The translations under genes and the position numbers were made by a program. Shown piece by piece: positions 10,470 to 25,400 of a stretch of DNA of 64,000 nt. The first letter of the stretch is position 1; the number at the start of each line of letters is the position of its first letter. The notes under the pieces are model-generated. The model was not told the DNA's origin. It ran no database searches and saw only the letters and a program-made list of their open reading frames with translations. Source of the DNA: Azolla caroliniana (taxonomy: Eukaryota > Plantae > Polypodiophyta); contig JBHGNT010000007.1 in the NCBI GenBank assembly GCA_043228905.1, positions 6,820,001 to 6,884,000 of the forward strand. The letters run 5' to 3'.

Positions 10470-13400
10470 TTTATGATGGTATCACAATTAATGAAATCAT
10501 TTAATCACTTCAAGGACACATTATAAGAAGAGAAACTCAAGTATTCTTAAGGGTTCCATAACAAGAAATTTTGCACAATACATTTCACATCCTCTCATCA
10601 CTATATGTATTTGTATGTATGTATTTCAAATAATTGTAAGTTACAAGAGATTTGTTTATATATGTAATTAAGGGAGAGATGATGTCCATAATGTATGTGT
10701 ATGGTTTTGAATCCCTATGACATTGTTTAAATCTTAAACTCATTGGCTACATTTAGACTTATTAGGTTTGCCTATCTCTTCAGGGTGGCAACAAAGAAAA
10801 TCCATGTATGAAATAAGGTATGTAAAATACTTAATATTAGTCCTAAGTGAGCACTTGTTGCGCCCCAATCTTGAAATGGGGAGGAGGGGGTGGGGAAGGA
10901 GGGTCCCTTCTTGAGAATGTCAAATGTTTTGTAAGATCAACGCAAATGAATTTTTACCTTTCAACTTGCCCTTCAACATGTAATTGGCATTCCCTTCAAC
11001 AACAAATTACATATATTACATATTTTGATGTACAATCTAAATAGACACATATGCCATAAAACATTCCATGTAACATAAGTAAATTATCATAATAAGTTTA
11101 GAATCCCAATAGAACATGTGATAATGATATGCTAATTTATAATCATTTGTATATTTACATTGGATGCACCTTGTTGTCTGAGACCTCTTGATTTGGAATC
11201 ACTTATGAAGTGTGCAATTGAGATTCTCACATTGGAAAAGAAGTATAGGAGCACTTAGATATCTCAAGATGATTGTTGATAGGAGCTATCGAAAAGTAGT
11301 ATTATTTGACCCTCCAACTTATCCAATCCCTCATTATGTCGGTCATACAATATTTCTCAATAGTCATAGCATATTGCTAAATTCTCCCAATTCCTAATTT
11401 GCTTACAAAGGTCAAGTCATCACCACGTTTGCCAATGTGAACAATGCATGACAATATTGTGTTGTTTCACTCATCAATGCCTTGCAAGTTTCTTTGTATT
11501 TAGATCTACACCATTGTCATATTGATGTCCCAACATTGTTGTTACAAATTGTGCTTCGGTATGTCTCTTCATGGTATATGTTAATAACTTAATATAGATA
11601 CTTGATTATCATATTGCTCATGGAGATGCTCTTGTTGCCCAGATTGGGAAAGTAATCTTGACATTAACTAGTCCTGTATGTGAACATTTATTTAATGTTG
11701 TTGCCTTACTTTCAAGGTTTAATTTGTTGTGGTTATATTTACTTTGCTATTATTCATTGGTTGTTGATGAATCTCATACAACACGTATTCATTGTTATTG
11801 GTCTTAATATTTAATTCAAATCTAAGAAATAGGCAAATCAAAATATTTGGATCCTTCTTGAATCTTTGTTTGAAAAGCTTTGAAGTACATTTTACACTAG
11901 AAGTAGAGGAATATTGTTCTTTCTAAAGGAATGGATGATCTCGTGTTCATTTGATTATGGTGAATTTCATGTTCTAATGCAAGTTGCATGTGTTTGACGA
12001 ACTTCTAAGATACCGTTCAAAATTTGGATTCTATTACAAAATGATAGTATTGGATGAATTCTTCTTCTCCACACTCGTTTGTATTATGCAATCAATATGG
12101 TCTTTACAGGAATGGTTGTTGTGTCCATTGTTACTTCACATGTGTGCTTGTTTTGAAAGTTTAAATGCATATAGATATAGAAAAGAAAATGGGATAACCA
12201 AAACCACAAGCCATTGTGCACTAGACATCAATGCCACTGATGAACCAATTCATTCAATACCAAATAACGTTCCAGAACATACAAACGAAATGAGTGATTT
12301 TGCTATATCTGTAAATGGTACGTTGATGCACACCTTCTTAGTCAGTGTAGTCCAAACTACTAGCAATAAATATCCATAAATCAGATGTGGAACCTTTTTG
12401 GGTGTTTTAAATGTAATGAGGGTATCATGTTCGAGCTGGACGAGGTGACAATTTTAAACTTTATTTGCATCTCATTAAAAGTTTGAAAATTCAAGAGTCT
12501 CTTTCAAATCCATATGAAGCAATGTTTCCTTGCGTTTTCAAGGAAATACTATGTTACATTGTACATAATGTTTTATTTTGACAACTAATTTGGTTTGTTT
12601 ATTGATGAATTCATGCTTCTATGTCCTATTCTCATATAGAAGTTCCAAATTTGGTGACATTCAAATGCACAATGTCCATACGTGTTATTCATCTCATTGA
12701 AATGTTTCATGGGGTGGGCTTAAGTGTATTCATTCAATGTAGCAATTTCCACAACCATTTTGGTGTAATGGGACCACAAAATTACTTAGGTTCCACAAAA
12801 CCTGGTAGTTGCACAAGAATTTTTTTAATTTTCTTGCAATTTGAAGATATTTCAAAAGAAACAAAGTCTAGGGCTGAAGGTAAGAGTATGGAATGCAATA
12901 TAGAAAACCACAACAATGGAAACTTGCAAAAGAATGTGAACAATTGATGGTTAAGGCAACAATAAGATGTATGAACTTCAATGTATTCTAGTTTTACATA
13001 AGATCAATAATACTTTACTCTAATTGCATGCCATTAAATCATTGAGGGATAGAGTAAGAAAAAGCACGTGTTGAATGTATCCCATTCTAGAGAGCTCCTT
13101 TAAGAGAATTGTGTGTGTGTGCGCGCGCGTAATTGGCATGTGAGAAAATGAACGGTGTTTGTTACTATAGGTCTCAAGTATAGAGGTTGATACAACCCCA
13201 CCATATTAGTTCTAACTTATGATGCAATAGAGTTCTACTAACTACCTACTCTAATACACCAAAAGGAAATCATTTTTTTATTAAGAAATCCCTAAGCCTC
13301 CCTACCTACTTGAACTTATTGTCTCTTTGGATACCTTGAATAGTGAATAAAGTAAGTGTGGACGATGAGATCACGGCCTCTCATCATAACTGTGATAGTG

Positions 13401-13920
13401 AATCAAAGTGTTCAAGTACAATGAAATTGTCACTCACACATTTAGATGATAGATCTTCAATAAGAATGAGTATTTCACATCAATTTACCTTTGAGATTAT
13501 TTTGTCATTGGTCATAAAAGCTTCTAAAGCCTGTATAAACCTTGACAAAAGTAAGTGCTAGTGTTTGCAAAACAATGAGTCATACCGTGTTGTCTAGTTT
13601 GAAGGGTGCCCTTACTTTTACTCCTAAAGAGTGACATTTCAAGAACCCTTCCCATGTGAAGTGAAACATAATAGTTCATTTGTTTTCAAAGTCATGTATG
13701 TAAAAGCCCTTCAGTCACATGCCACATGCAAAGTGACATTTTGCTCAATGTTGGTGTAACTTATCAAAAGCCCAAGATGCATCCATTTAAGATTTTTTTT
13801 GGGCAAAAATTGGTGGTTGCAAATTATTAGTAGGTACCAAAGTCTAGGGTGATCCGATGAAAAGCATATGTAGACAAAGAAATGGCTAATATGCAACCCA
13901 ACAATTCAAAGTTGTCTATG

Positions 13921-14077
13921 TTTTTAGCGTTCAAATTATACATGATATGGTATAAATTATTTTTAGCGTTCAAATTATACATGATATGGTATAAATTGTT
14001 TTTTGGCGTTGAAATTATACATGATATAGTATAAATTGTTTTTTAGTGTTCAAATTATACATGATATGGTATAAACT
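13921..14077. repeat. Minisatellite, 4 x ~39-40 bp
   Basis: The unit tttttagcgttcaaattatacatgatatggtataaatta is repeated four times with a few substitutions. Confidence 0.92.
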
Positions 14078-15874
14078 ATTTGCAAACAAGTAAGAAGGTC
14101 CAAAAAAAATTGTTCCTTGTTGGATACATCCATAAACACAAGAACGATATATATAAATAATGTTGAATTTCAAAGGACAATTTTATCAACCTATCTTCCT
14201 TTTGGATGTTTATACAATGATGGTTGTTCTCATATTAAAGGGTTCACAAATGAGTAAAAAGGTCTGGAATTTTTAGTTTCTTGTTAATCGTCCTATTTTT
14301 CTTTTGGATGTTTATAATGATGCCCACTCTTGTACGAAAGGCAAAATAACTAATATTTGTTTTGAAGTTCATTTCAAATTTTACTCTTCCAGAGGAAGGG
14401 TAAAACCCCTTTCGAATGGCTTTGTGTACTGATCATGAGATAGGTTTGTACGTAACACTTTGCAAACTTCAAATTTGATGCAAGATCATAGAGTTATAGC
14501 ATTATCAAGATGTTCTCACACTTCTCACGATCACAAAGCATATCCATATCACCTCATAAAGGTATTGATTTAGAACAAACACCAATAAAATTGCATCAAG
14601 ATTTCAACTTACACATGATCAACCTTTGAACATTGCATTGTACACCACACCACAACTAACTTCCCCTTCATTTTGATTCACTTCAAAATATATGGTGACA
14701 TTGTTGAGCCCCAATTTCACCTTAAGGCTTAATAAATTTTTATCCATGTGAGTGCAAATGCGACCACCTTACAAACTCATAGTCTTGTAGTTAAAAGAGA
14801 AGCCAATTATGTTGATTATTGAAGCAGTAGCCTCGTGAACTTCTTCCTTGGCCTTAGTTCATGTCTTCTTTTCCACATTTGCATCATTTGTCTTCTTAAC
14901 TAAACACATGTTTTTGCTTTTATTATTCGAATCTATTTTTGCGTATACTTATGGGCTTCCTTGTCATAATAAAAAACTTTTCTTGATATTGTTGCCATTC
15001 TTATGTGTCCTAAACTTCTTCTTCCACTTTTCATCATGTTATGGGCAAGGTTTTTAATGGCCCCAATAGAAGCTCTGACTTAAGTACTTGACATCTAGAT
15101 TTTATTTATGTTTTTGTTACACACTTCTATTATCCCCCATCTATCCATATGTTTGGTTATAACATGTTCATAACCTACAAGCCTACTCTAATGAAACTCA
15201 ATGAGACGAGAAGAAAGTGTCGCTACATTAGATCAATATGCACATGTACGACTTGTCATGAAGTATAAATTGGTACTCATCTTCCAATAGTTCAATATCC
15301 AATCTTGATATGTTCTATTTAATGCGCTTGTTATTTATATTAATTCTTTTCCCCCCTAGCCGGGGACAAGGGGCATCCGTGTGTCTAGTCGATGTAGATT
15401 GTATTTGAGCTTTGCAACTTGAAGTGGTTATGCCAACTCCCTCTATGATCTTGTATTGTACTTGCGACAAGCCTTGTCAATGAAAACCATTTTCATTTTA
15501 ATGAAAAATATCCTTTCATAAGAAATAGTAATGAAGCAAAGACGACATGAATGTTGGAAATTTTCTCCTTAAATTTGTTTTGTATTGGGATAAGTTACTT
15601 CCCAACAACATGTAACATGTAAAAGCTTAAAATAAATGTGAACATGACCTAATGTTAGGTGAGTTATGCATTCAGAGCTTATATATGCATGGGCCATCAA
15701 GTACATAATAATACCACGTTATACTAATAATAACAAGTCTCACCCGTGTCAAAAGCATAACAAGATAATCAACTTTTATAATCATGTATAAAGTACTTTC
15801 ATCAACTTGAAACATGTTTTGTTTTCCAAATGAGAGAAGAAATTAGACTAATTGCAAACTTTGTTATGTACATA

Positions 15875-16835
15875 CAATAACCATTCGATGTGCGCACTTT
15901 GATCTCAAGGAAGAAGCGCGCCAAGTTGGCACTTAGGGCTTTTTACATGAATTTGTTTTTTCGCAAAATGTTTTTCTTTGCACATTTCGGAAAAAGCAGC
16001 CTCCACGTCCACTCTAATCACCCCACAATTATGATCAGACCCACGTTGTTGCTTACCACATTGATGCATACATTGTTGCCAGTTTCTGCTCCAATTGTGA
16101 AGGTTTTACATATATACTATGTATAAAGCATGTTTTCTGAAATTATTCATTAGTATAGCATAAATTTGTGAAGGTTTCTTTTAAAGAAGTGATTTGAAAC
16201 ATAATTTTATGAATGTTTTTACAAAAAATTGTGAAGGTTTCTATTAAAATTTAATTTGTAACAGAAAATTGCGAGGCATTTATGCAGACATTTGTGTAGG
16301 TTTCCTTTATTTTTGTGAAAGTTTCTATTAAAGCATTGATTTATAACATAAATTTCAAAATGTAATAGTAATTTCCAAACATTACAATTGTAAATTGAAT
16401 AAATTGTTGTTTCTCTTCAAAGATTGATTTGTAAAATTTTATCAATGCTTTTTGTGGAAATCATCATATTTTTATGTAAATTGGCTCCAACAACATAAGA
16501 AATCATGAAATTGCGTGTTTTGCTTGTACATCTAACTAGATTGCATTAATTGTGCATTTTACTTGTGCATCTAATTGGATTGCACTTATTTGTGAGGGAT
16601 TTCTTTCCTAATGCTTTGGCATTCCTAATGAATGGAGAGCTAGAAGCTATGTTTGGAACATAAATTCAATTTTTGTTAATGATTTTGTTGTTTTTGAATG
16701 TTTAGAACATAGTTTCAATTTTTTTGATGAAACTGTGTAATTCTCTTGATCTCGATTTTGACCTCTATTTTTTTTTTAAACGCACTTAATAGAATGGCAC
16801 ACTTAAGTGGCATGCACTTAACCGAATGGTTACTC
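15875..16835. mobile_element. Non-autonomous TIR element, Tc1/mariner-pogo-like, TA TSD, ~960 bp
   Basis: Left end ta|caataaccattcg versus right end (reverse complement) ta|gagtaaccattcg, consensus TA-CAGTAACCATTCG. Internal ttgtgaaggttt repeats; no transposase. Confidence 0.6.
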
Positions 16836-17411
16836 TATAGCATGCATGAACATGGCATAGATGTGTGTGTGTGTAACATGCCAACATATGATTAATTTTG
16901 TTGGACATATATGCCAAGATTGATCGTAGTAAGAAAAGCCTATATATAATGTGTGCCTAGAGGAAAAGTTCGTCGTCTATTGGTAGCTAATATTGGCTTC
17001 TTCTTCTTCTTAGTCTCTTTTTTTTTTCAAAAAAAAAACTTCTTCTTAGTCTTCTCTTTTGTTTTGTGCTATATGGGATAATTCACTAAAAATAAAGGTT
17101 ACAACAAAACCTTTTTGTTCTTTGAGTACAAAATTAACAAAAAGTTGAGTTGGATAAGTCTACACAAAGAATATGTCAAGATTGAATCATCCTCATTCCT
17201 TCTATTATATATTATCTTGGTATTCTATGTTCTCAAGCAATCCTTGTAAAGTTTAATGGAGGTATATTTATTTGAATCCTTGTCAATGAAGGCTTAAGGT
17301 TATGAGACAAATAATGAGATTCACCTATATAATGAATAATGCATTGTCATCAAATGTCAAGAAGAGGAATTAATGATGAAATGACAATGAAAGCCTAGTG
17401 GGTTGAAACCA

Positions 17412-20400
17412 ATGGAAATTAATGCGGATAGTGGAGGAAAATGGACAACCATTGAATATCTACCCATAAAAATAGACTTTGATCATGATGGTGGTGGTTA
17501 TGGAGGTATGTTACATGGGGATAAACTAGTTAATAACATGAATCTAGTTATTGATAAGGTTTTTGATGAGGAAAATGGTAAGCATCATGTAGCCTCAATG
17601 CACCATGTTCATGATGATATTGGGGATCATGACAACATTATAACATCCATACATGACCACGATGATCATCATCATCATAATCCTAGTACTTTGTGTTCGA
17701 GGACTTATAATGACTTCAATCACATCCTAATCAACAACATCGATGAACAACTTGCATGTACTCGGCGAACCCAAATCGCATTCTTTGATCTTGAGACAAC
17801 AGTTGCATCTGGTGACGGTGACAAACCAAAGGTCCTTGAGTTTGGGGCAGTGGTCCTTTCCCCATTGCAGGGCCTTCGTGAGCTTGAGTCATATTCGACA
17901 ATGGTACGCCATCCTGGCATCTTCTATATGGGTGCCAAGTTCAATCTCGCACAACATCGCATCGTCCACCTCCCCTCTTTCAATGACATTGCCGATCACG
18001 TGTTTGACATGCTCCATGGTATATATATATATAATAATGTATCTAATACTACATGATACATCAATGCAATTTTGCTTTACTCGTTTCATTTTGTCAACTA
18101 GGTTTTGTGGATTATTTGTATAGTCAAGCGCGGCCCACTATCCATAGAATTATATTCATATATGTCTCTTAAAATATCACCATCACATGTTTTTTATGGT
18201 TTAATAATAAGCTTTTCACCGTCACTCTCACAGAAGCCATAAAAACTTAGCACCAAGTTGCATTTTCATGAGGATTTGTTTCTACTCCTTAAGTAAAGCT
18301 CAAAAGTTTATACTCCTTAAGTCAAAAAGCAATAGTCTTTCATAATGTGATAGAAAAAAGTTTAGAGTGGGACAATTCTTTTAGAAAACGACTAGGGGGT
18401 GTGTTGTCAACGCGATTGTGGAAATGGATGTAACAAACAATCATGAATAAAGGTACAGTTATGCATAATAATTTTCAATTCAACTAGTGGTTAAATATCA
18501 GTTTAGTTACTTATAAGAAAATTATAAGAGTAACTTACAAAATTGTCATTTGGCTAGAAAAAATTGTAAGCACAATTATGAACTCATGGCTTTATGGCAT
18601 CCTGAGTTAAAAATGTATAGGGTTGTATACAACTTTGACCCATCAACACCAAGCTCAAATCAAGTTAATTATGAATATGGTTTCATGTTCTACCATTTGG
18701 TATTAACCCCACAAAAGACGTGACAATGAAGACACACTACAAAATAAAGTCTCAGGGACCCAAATTTCCAAGATACGTGTAGTTATACCACTTGGAGGGC
18801 CTCTAGATTTTTCTGACATGCTATAGATAGATTTCCCGATGTCTCACGGTTTCCAAATTAAGACTTTGTTAAGGTGGAATGTGGAATGCGGAATGCTATG
18901 GATCCTATTCGTAATTATGCATAGAGACTAGAGCCCCCCTTGACTTAGATAATTTGACTTGGTTTTATACATTTTCTTTAATGCTAATATACATGTTAAG
19001 AATCTATATTAGTGTGCATTAAATGAATCTAAGTAAGGACTTATTAGGCATAAACACCCTACACACTTAGCAATTCCTAATGGTAAATGACAATTAGCTT
19101 AGTATGTTATTAGCGGAATATTTGTCTCTTTGGTAGGAGACCCACTCCTTGTATGTGCATGTGTATTTGAGCGCACACATTACCCATAAAAAGGCTAATC
19201 ACAGGTACCAAAGTCATATCAAAACAATATCCTTGTGATGTTGAATACAACAAGCAATCCATTTTAATGAATTGGAGAGGGATAATAACCTTCATGAACT
19301 ATTGTTTATTGTTATAGAGTCATGCATTGTTAAAATTCAATTAGCATCATGATCCACATTCTTCACATTTTATATCCATGAAATGCTTAGAGAATGGAGT
19401 TAGAGAGATGGTTATATGCTAACGTGACACCATATAGAACCATCATAAATCACTATCAATAATAAGGATTGATAACAAAAAATAGAGTGTGCGTCAAAAC
19501 CAATTATCATTGTGATATGATATGGGCATAGGACGAATATGGGCTGGACACAACATAATTAGGTGGGACATGGTGTGGATAAAGGAGGCATTTGTAGACA
19601 TAGGAAGAAAACCACCAGAGCCTAGTGGTGTGATTGATACACTACCTTTGCTTAGAGAGGCATTTGGTCAACGAGCAGGAAACCTCAAGGTAAAGCAATT
19701 TTATTAAGAATTTCTCTACAACCTACACTTCTACAAGGTGTAACAATAAATTGGGACTCAAATTTGATACTATTCTTAGTTGGAGTCACTCGCTAAGTAT
19801 TGTGGCCTTGGAAAACAAAAACACAGGTAAAGGGTGATTTCCATACATCTTTAGTTTTGCTTTGTTTTGTATTGTTGGTACTCTCCCTTTCATCGATTCT
19901 AATAAGTGTGCCTTACTTTCCTTTTTCGTAGAAGCATTGCTGATGTCCGTATGAATATAGATGTGTTGAAGCACTGTGCAACCATTTTATTTTTGGTAAG
20001 TATTTTTTTGGTCTAGCCAAAGTATGTAAATCTACAAGATGATAGTACCGAACTATGTTTACAATGTATCATAATAATATTTGATGAATGTCAAGAAAAT
20101 GAAAGAAACTCACCAATGAATCCATACATTTCTATGAAACATGGAGTACTTCTAGATTTTCTCAGAATTATAACTGGATTTCTTGGTGTACTATATGTTC
20201 TCCATTTTGAGCCCTTGTTTTATTGCTTTCTAGTGTATTCCCAGTAGAATATATTAGAATCCGGAAAAGCTTTTGTTTCTGACTGATACACATAAATGTG
20301 GTACTATAGTGGTCTACTTGTAGAAGCTTATGTTACAGTGACATCGAAGTTGTAAAGGTTGAGTCTCATATACTCAATTGAATTAAGGATTTATGTCCAT

Positions 20401-21609
20401 CCGTGAAATTTCGTGGGCAAGGAGGGGTTACTACATGAGTTCTTTGTATAGTTGGGGAGTTCCTAAAAATTGAATACTTGTTAGCTCTTGTCATGGTTTT
20501 CATTCATAGAAAACCATCTTTAATTATCTTTCAACTTCATCCTAACCTACGTCCTTGTCAATTATATTGTTATTCGAGTAATATGTGAATGAATATGCAC
20601 AAGAGCATACATGCCAATTATTATTATATGTTTCAAATACTTTCTTCTATTAAGATGGTTTGACAACGCGCAACACAATATTGGGAAACACTGTGTCATT
20701 TGATAAAATCAAGATTTCTGGCTTGATAAAAGTAGACATTTATCTTTCTCCTCCATGAATGATAATGAAGTCAATTGGCACGACTTGAAAAAAGGAGCAC
20801 TCAAGACTTCTTATTTCACAAAGTTAGGGTCTTCCAAGAAATAGAAATTGGGTCTAATAATTCATTATGTTCATGGATTATTGTATCTAATTCTTCCAAC
20901 TTTTTACTCGAGAATAAGTTGTGGTATTAAGAAATGTGTGTCCCTTTCTTGTGGTTCAAAGATGCTTTATAAACAATGTTAAGCACAATTTCATTTTGTC
21001 TACATCATTACATGTTGAGGGGTCCCCAATCTCTCTTAGTCTCATCTTTCATATCATTCCCAAAATAAAATTTGTTTCTTGTAAGTACTTTGCGTGTCAT
21101 TTTTAAAGAGGACAAATGCACAAGTATTTAAGATAATCATTTAGTAATATTTTGAATAAATATTAGGAATCGAGGTTTCCTCATATTTTGGAAGCTCCTA
21201 AACAACCATCCACACGAAGATCTACACGATTCATGAAGGGTCATGCCATAATGGAAGAGCCATCAACATCGAGATGGAAACCCAAATGGGATCAGGTTAA
21301 CACTTTACAACCTCATAAAAAGGTTTATCAAGTATTACACAATTTTATATATATTGTTCCCAAGAAATTATAAAAGAATAATTAGTTAATTAATCATGTG
21401 CCATGAATCATCACATCGACCTTTTTTTCTAGGCAATACAAAGTCCAAGCCCAAAAATTTCCACGGAAATGAAAAGAGTATCTCCAATAAGACCTGGAAC
21501 ACATGCAACCTCCTCCTCATCCAACAGTCTCTTAAGGCGGCAACCCCGACTAGCTCAATATGTTCGAGGAAGATCTCGAACTTTAACAATAGCACGCCTT
21601 ACAAAATAA
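17412..21609 (+). CDS. NEN: NEN-family (NAC45/86-dependent exonuclease-domain) DEDDh exonuclease; exons 17412-18018, 19532-19689, 19780-19826, 19932-19995, 21167-21322, 21433-21609
   Basis: Spliced product: IAFFDLETT..VLEFG..DMLHGRIWAGHNIIRWD..PPEPSGVIDTL..FGQRAGNLKLESLAKYCGLGKQKHRSIADVRMNIDVLKHCATILFLES. This is collinear with Arabidopsis NEN proteins as I recall them and keeps D-E-D-H-D. The start codon and the last two exons are less certain. Confidence 0.85.
18122..18945. mobile_element. Possible degenerate TIR element in NEN intron 1
   Basis: agtcaagcgcggcccac..aatta on the left versus agtcaaggggggctctag..aatta on the right (reverse complement); no clear TSD. Confidence 0.35.
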
Positions 21610-22486
21610 ATTGTGTAATGTGATGATGCTTCATAATGTTTCTATGTGGTAACCGGGATTGACAAAAATAATTGTGCGAAAACAATTAATTTCACACATA
21701 AAATTCACTTCATTGCCTATTATGTGTTACTCACCCTATCCAAAGGACTATATCATTGTGTCACAATATCTCGTGCTAGAGTGCTATGTGGAAGGGAGGG
21801 TTTGTATTATGTACTTTTTGCATTTAGGATAGATCTTTGTTTTTGCTTTTAAGTTTCACCATGGCATTGAAGGGAGCTAAAGTGAATGGAAGGTTTATCA
21901 TGGAACCTTAATCAGATATTATAACTGTTTTAGAGCATGATTTTTTTTATTGAAAGAACCACATGCTCTACATGAGCATGTTAAACTAATCATATTTGGG
22001 AGCACTTGACCTTTGGAATTGGAATGTTTGCACTGCATATGCTTCAAAGGGAACACATTAATGAATACCGAGGTTAAAAAGGTGTGTGAAAAGGTTTGAA
22101 GCTTCATTGAATGAGTGAATGATGGAAGTTCCAAAGGGCGCAAAAGATTCGAAAAGGAATTGATCGACTCTTGTAACGATACAGTACTTCATTGAGTTTT
22201 TACCGAATATACGTGGTTTTGTCCAGACTCTATGAACCCTAAAAAGTCTAGAAATACAAGGTGTTTTTATTGTAAACAAGGCTTTTTCATGTTTGAAAAT
22301 TGAATACATACAAGGATAAAAGCAAAAAAAGCCAAAAGAGCACACTAGGAGTAAGCAAGCATTACTACAGTGTCATGTACGTACCGAAGTACCATTCATA
22401 TCTTTAATGCCATAAAGATATCTATCCCAAGCTGCAGTTCTTTAATGTAATTCAAGACATCAAGCCACATTTGGGAATGAGAAACC

Positions 22487-25400
22487 CTAGAGCCATGTTG
22501 CATCCTTGATCGGAGTAACAATGGCTTTGACCTGCAGATAATTGTTCAGCGAATATACTCCCTTCTCTCTTCCATTCCCACTCATCTTGTAACCTCCAAA
22601 TGGAATCGTGGCATCGAAAACATCGAAGCAATTGATCCAAACTGTCCCTACCCTCAATGCGCGACTAAGTGTATTCGCGGTATCGATATTCTTAGTGAAC
22701 ACACCGGCTGCCAATCCATATGTAGAGGCATTCGCTCTCCTTATAACTTCATCTAAAGTTCTGCACATTTTTTTAGCAGCACCCCAATATTCCTCGTAAA
22801 TCATTCACAAAGTAAAACTTGGATTATTGAATGAATGAATGAAGTAAACTCACTTGTATTTGGTTACGGATTGCACGGGTCCAAATATTTCGTCCTTTGC
22901 TATGCTCATCCCATCCTGTATGTGTCAGTATCCATCAGATACACGTGAAACCATTAGGGGAAGAATGCAAACGACAAGAGTTTCCTTTCTCCAAAAATAA
23001 GTAGACGGAAAAGGACAAGAATTTTCCAGTTCACAGCAAAGGTTTAAGTCGGATTATACCTGTACATCAGCGAAAATAGTTGGCTTAATGTAATAACCCT
23101 TGCTGCCAAAACGCTCTCCTCCGGTAACCAATCTTGCACCTTCTTCCGAACCAGACTTGATATAACCCATCACTTTGTCAAATTGTTCGTCACTGATCTG
23201 GACACATTAAGATCAAATTTGCTTCATATTTCAACCAAAGTTGAAGAGCTATGAGATTATACTACACATCAATATAGCCATTCAATCTAAACCAGATTCT
23301 TGAAGTGACCTGAGGACCCTGCTCTACATCTTTATGGAAAGGGTCTCCAACAATACGCTTCAAAGCTCGTGCCTTTGCCTTTTCCAGGTACTCATCGTAA
23401 ATGCTTTCATGTACAAAGGTCCTTGATCCAGCACAGCAACATTGGCCCTACAGATAAAGGATCAAATTAATTCAGCTTCAACGTCCATGTAACTAATTGA
23501 TGGATCAAAAATTCAATTTTGAATTTAACCTGGTTGAAAAAGAGGGCAAAGTGAGAGAGTTCCACAGCTTGATCAATGTCAGAATCTTCTGTTATGATGA
23601 ATGGGGACTTGCCCCCCAGTTCAAGGGTAACAGTCTTTAGATTACTTGCTGCAGCAGCTTGTGCTACCAGCTTTCCAACTTCGGTTGATCCCGTGAACGC
23701 CACCTATTCCAAATAAGACGTTTAAGTACTCACATATAATGTGAAAACATGGCCTGTATACATCATAGTTTAGATTTACAAGGTAATCTCATTGACATTC
23801 TACGATTCAAATATGTGAACATGATGGTGTAATGGTAAAACTTGTGTTTTGCAACATTAAGGTTGTTGATTTGAGGCCTTGAACAATGGGGTTGACATCA
23901 TGTTCATGTTCATGTAAAGGACTCTTCATAATTTTTTTGTTCATGTAAATTAGTAGCATGATCCTAGTAGTAGGGATAACTTCATATTTTCCATAATACA
24001 AAGAATAAAAACAAGTAGCTTTCATGTGAACAACATTCTTCCATGCCACAGAATTCTTCAATAATATATACATGCAAGAACCCAACCTTACCGACCTTAT
24101 CAATATCCATGTGACTGGCAATAGCTGCACCTGCCGTAGGGCCATATCCTGATATTATATTTAGCACACCCTCAGGAAGTCCAGCCTGCATAAATTAAGT
24201 CTCCCACATTATCTTCTAATAATGAGAAGCCAGTAGCTTGACATTACTACAAACTTCAAAGGAAAATATGCATAATAGATTCTAGAGACATTTCCTGAAA
24301 TACCTCTCCTATTTTCAGAATCTCTAAAATATACCCATCTTTCTTCAAGATTCTGAAAAACCCTTTTCCCTCTTAAGATAGGAGGTGATTAAAGGTTAAT
24401 TAACAGCTCTTAAGGGGTTATTTGAAATTCACGGAGATGATTAAGGGGATAATTGACAACCAAATATGTTTTAATAGAATTAGGGTAGACAGAAAAGTAC
24501 TCCAAGAATTCCAGGGGTATTCTGGGCATTTCGAGAAACTAGGAGCGGTATTACATGAATTTTCGTAAACCAATGTGGGTATTTTAGTATATTTCCATAT
24601 ATTTTTGCTTCAACTTACCTCGTGCAACAGCTTTCCAACAAGAAAGGCAGAGAGTGGTGTCTGCTCAGCTGTTTTCAGAACGATAGTGTTACCACAGGCC
24701 AGTGCAGGGCCCACTTTCCATGCGAACATAAGTAAAGGAAAATTCCATGGTATAATCTGTCCTGCTACTCCAATTGGTTCGTGCAATGTTTGAACAGCAT
24801 ATGCTCCATCCGCCGGCACAGTTAAGCCATGAATCTTATCAGCCCAACCTGCAAAATCATATATGATGTATTATAAGTACATGATGACATATCTCTACAA
24901 ATTCTTGCCATTTTCTCACATAGCATCCCATCAACATTAATAATATCCTTAACAATCAATCATCACTGAATGATCACATTCCAAAGATGTCCCTGAACTA
25001 CCCTCAAGTTTTCCCCAAATAACCCTGAGTTTTCATTATTTTCTGAAAAGCCCTTGGTTAACCCTCAGAAGAGAGAACAAAGGAATGGTTGACGATATCA
25101 CTGCTCAAATAATACACATAAATGAGAAAAACGGGACGAATTGTGCAATTGCACAAAGTGGCACATATTCTCTCTTTCAGGGTTCACAAAGGGCACCGCA
25201 TGATACACCAACAATTCAACAATTGGGGTTCATTTGCGGAGATAAAAGAAAAACTTGGGTATTTTGGAATTTTGCCCTAAATATTGTAATAACATATGAA
25301 GTATATGATAATACATGTAGATAGAAGACAGATTTTCACCCCCACCAAACTACACTCCTAAAATATGAAAAAAAACAGAGAGAAGGCAAATGATATTATA

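Noticed and set aside
11000-13900. Possible decayed coding sequence between CLE and NEN
   Set aside because: No motif recognised in the frames I read; needs tBLASTx or a repeat library.
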